NCBI RefSeq assembly: GCF_963921235.1
Contig: NC_086097.1
Coordinates: forward strand, 236,656,001-236,720,000
From: Mobula hypostoma
Lineage: Eukaryota
Length of the DNA stretch: 64,000 nucleotides
Reading direction: 5' to 3'
The notes under the pieces are model-generated. The model made no database searches. It was not told the origin of the DNA and was given only the letters and a program-made list of their open reading frames with translations. Shown piece by piece: positions 63,651 to 64,000 of the stretch. The stretch's first letter is position 1. Each line of letters starts with the position of its first letter. Position numbers and translations under genes: made by a program.

Positions 63651-64000
63651 TAATATATAAAACTTTGACAAAATTCTGTAGCTGTGTGGTGGAGAGTATA
63701 CTGACTTGTTGCATCACAGCCTGGTTTAGAAATGCCAATGGGATTGAATAGAAAGTCCTACAAAAAATAGTGCATACGGCCCAGTCCATCGCGGGTAAAG
63801 CCCTTCCCACCATTGAGCACATCTACAAGGAGTGTTATCGCAAGAAAGCAGTATCTCTGTTTTATGGTTCTATGTCAATGACCTTTCATCCAAACTTAGA
63901 AACATCGAAACTTCTGAAACAGTCTGAAATGTTTCTTTCTCAATAGATGCTGGCTGACCTCAGGACAGAATGCAGTGTTTGACTAATTGTTATAATTTTA

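Overview
Eukaryotic, repeat-dominated 64-kb window with no convincing multi-exon host gene, so probably intergenic or deep intronic. The repeat mix (CR1, Rex1/Babar, Penelope-like elements, V-type SINEs) suggests a cartilaginous fish, probably a ray; this is an inference. Main elements: (1) A full-length Mag-type Ty3/Gypsy retrotransposon at 4509-9000 (+) with 229-bp LTRs and a 5-bp TSD. Its RT motif reads YLDN and it has no tRNA primer-binding site; that position is instead complementary to its own LTR poly(A)-signal segment, suggesting self-priming. (2) An internally deleted Academ (AcademX-type, transposase + XPG-like nuclease + Cys-rich tail) DNA transposon at about 38952-47353 with ~100-bp imperfect terminal inverted repeats. 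(3) Nested in it, a very young Gmr1-like LTR element at 39223-44076 (-) whose single 931-aa ORF keeps Gag/SCAN-like and protease regions but only remnants of IN and RT. (4) Two related solo LTRs. (5) Many Penelope-like ends carrying minimal hammerhead ribozyme motifs, several arranged as palindromes. (6) Fragments of HERO, Harbinger, Tc1, hAT MITEs, SINEs and many LINEs. Family assignments come from motif recognition by eye; no searches were run.
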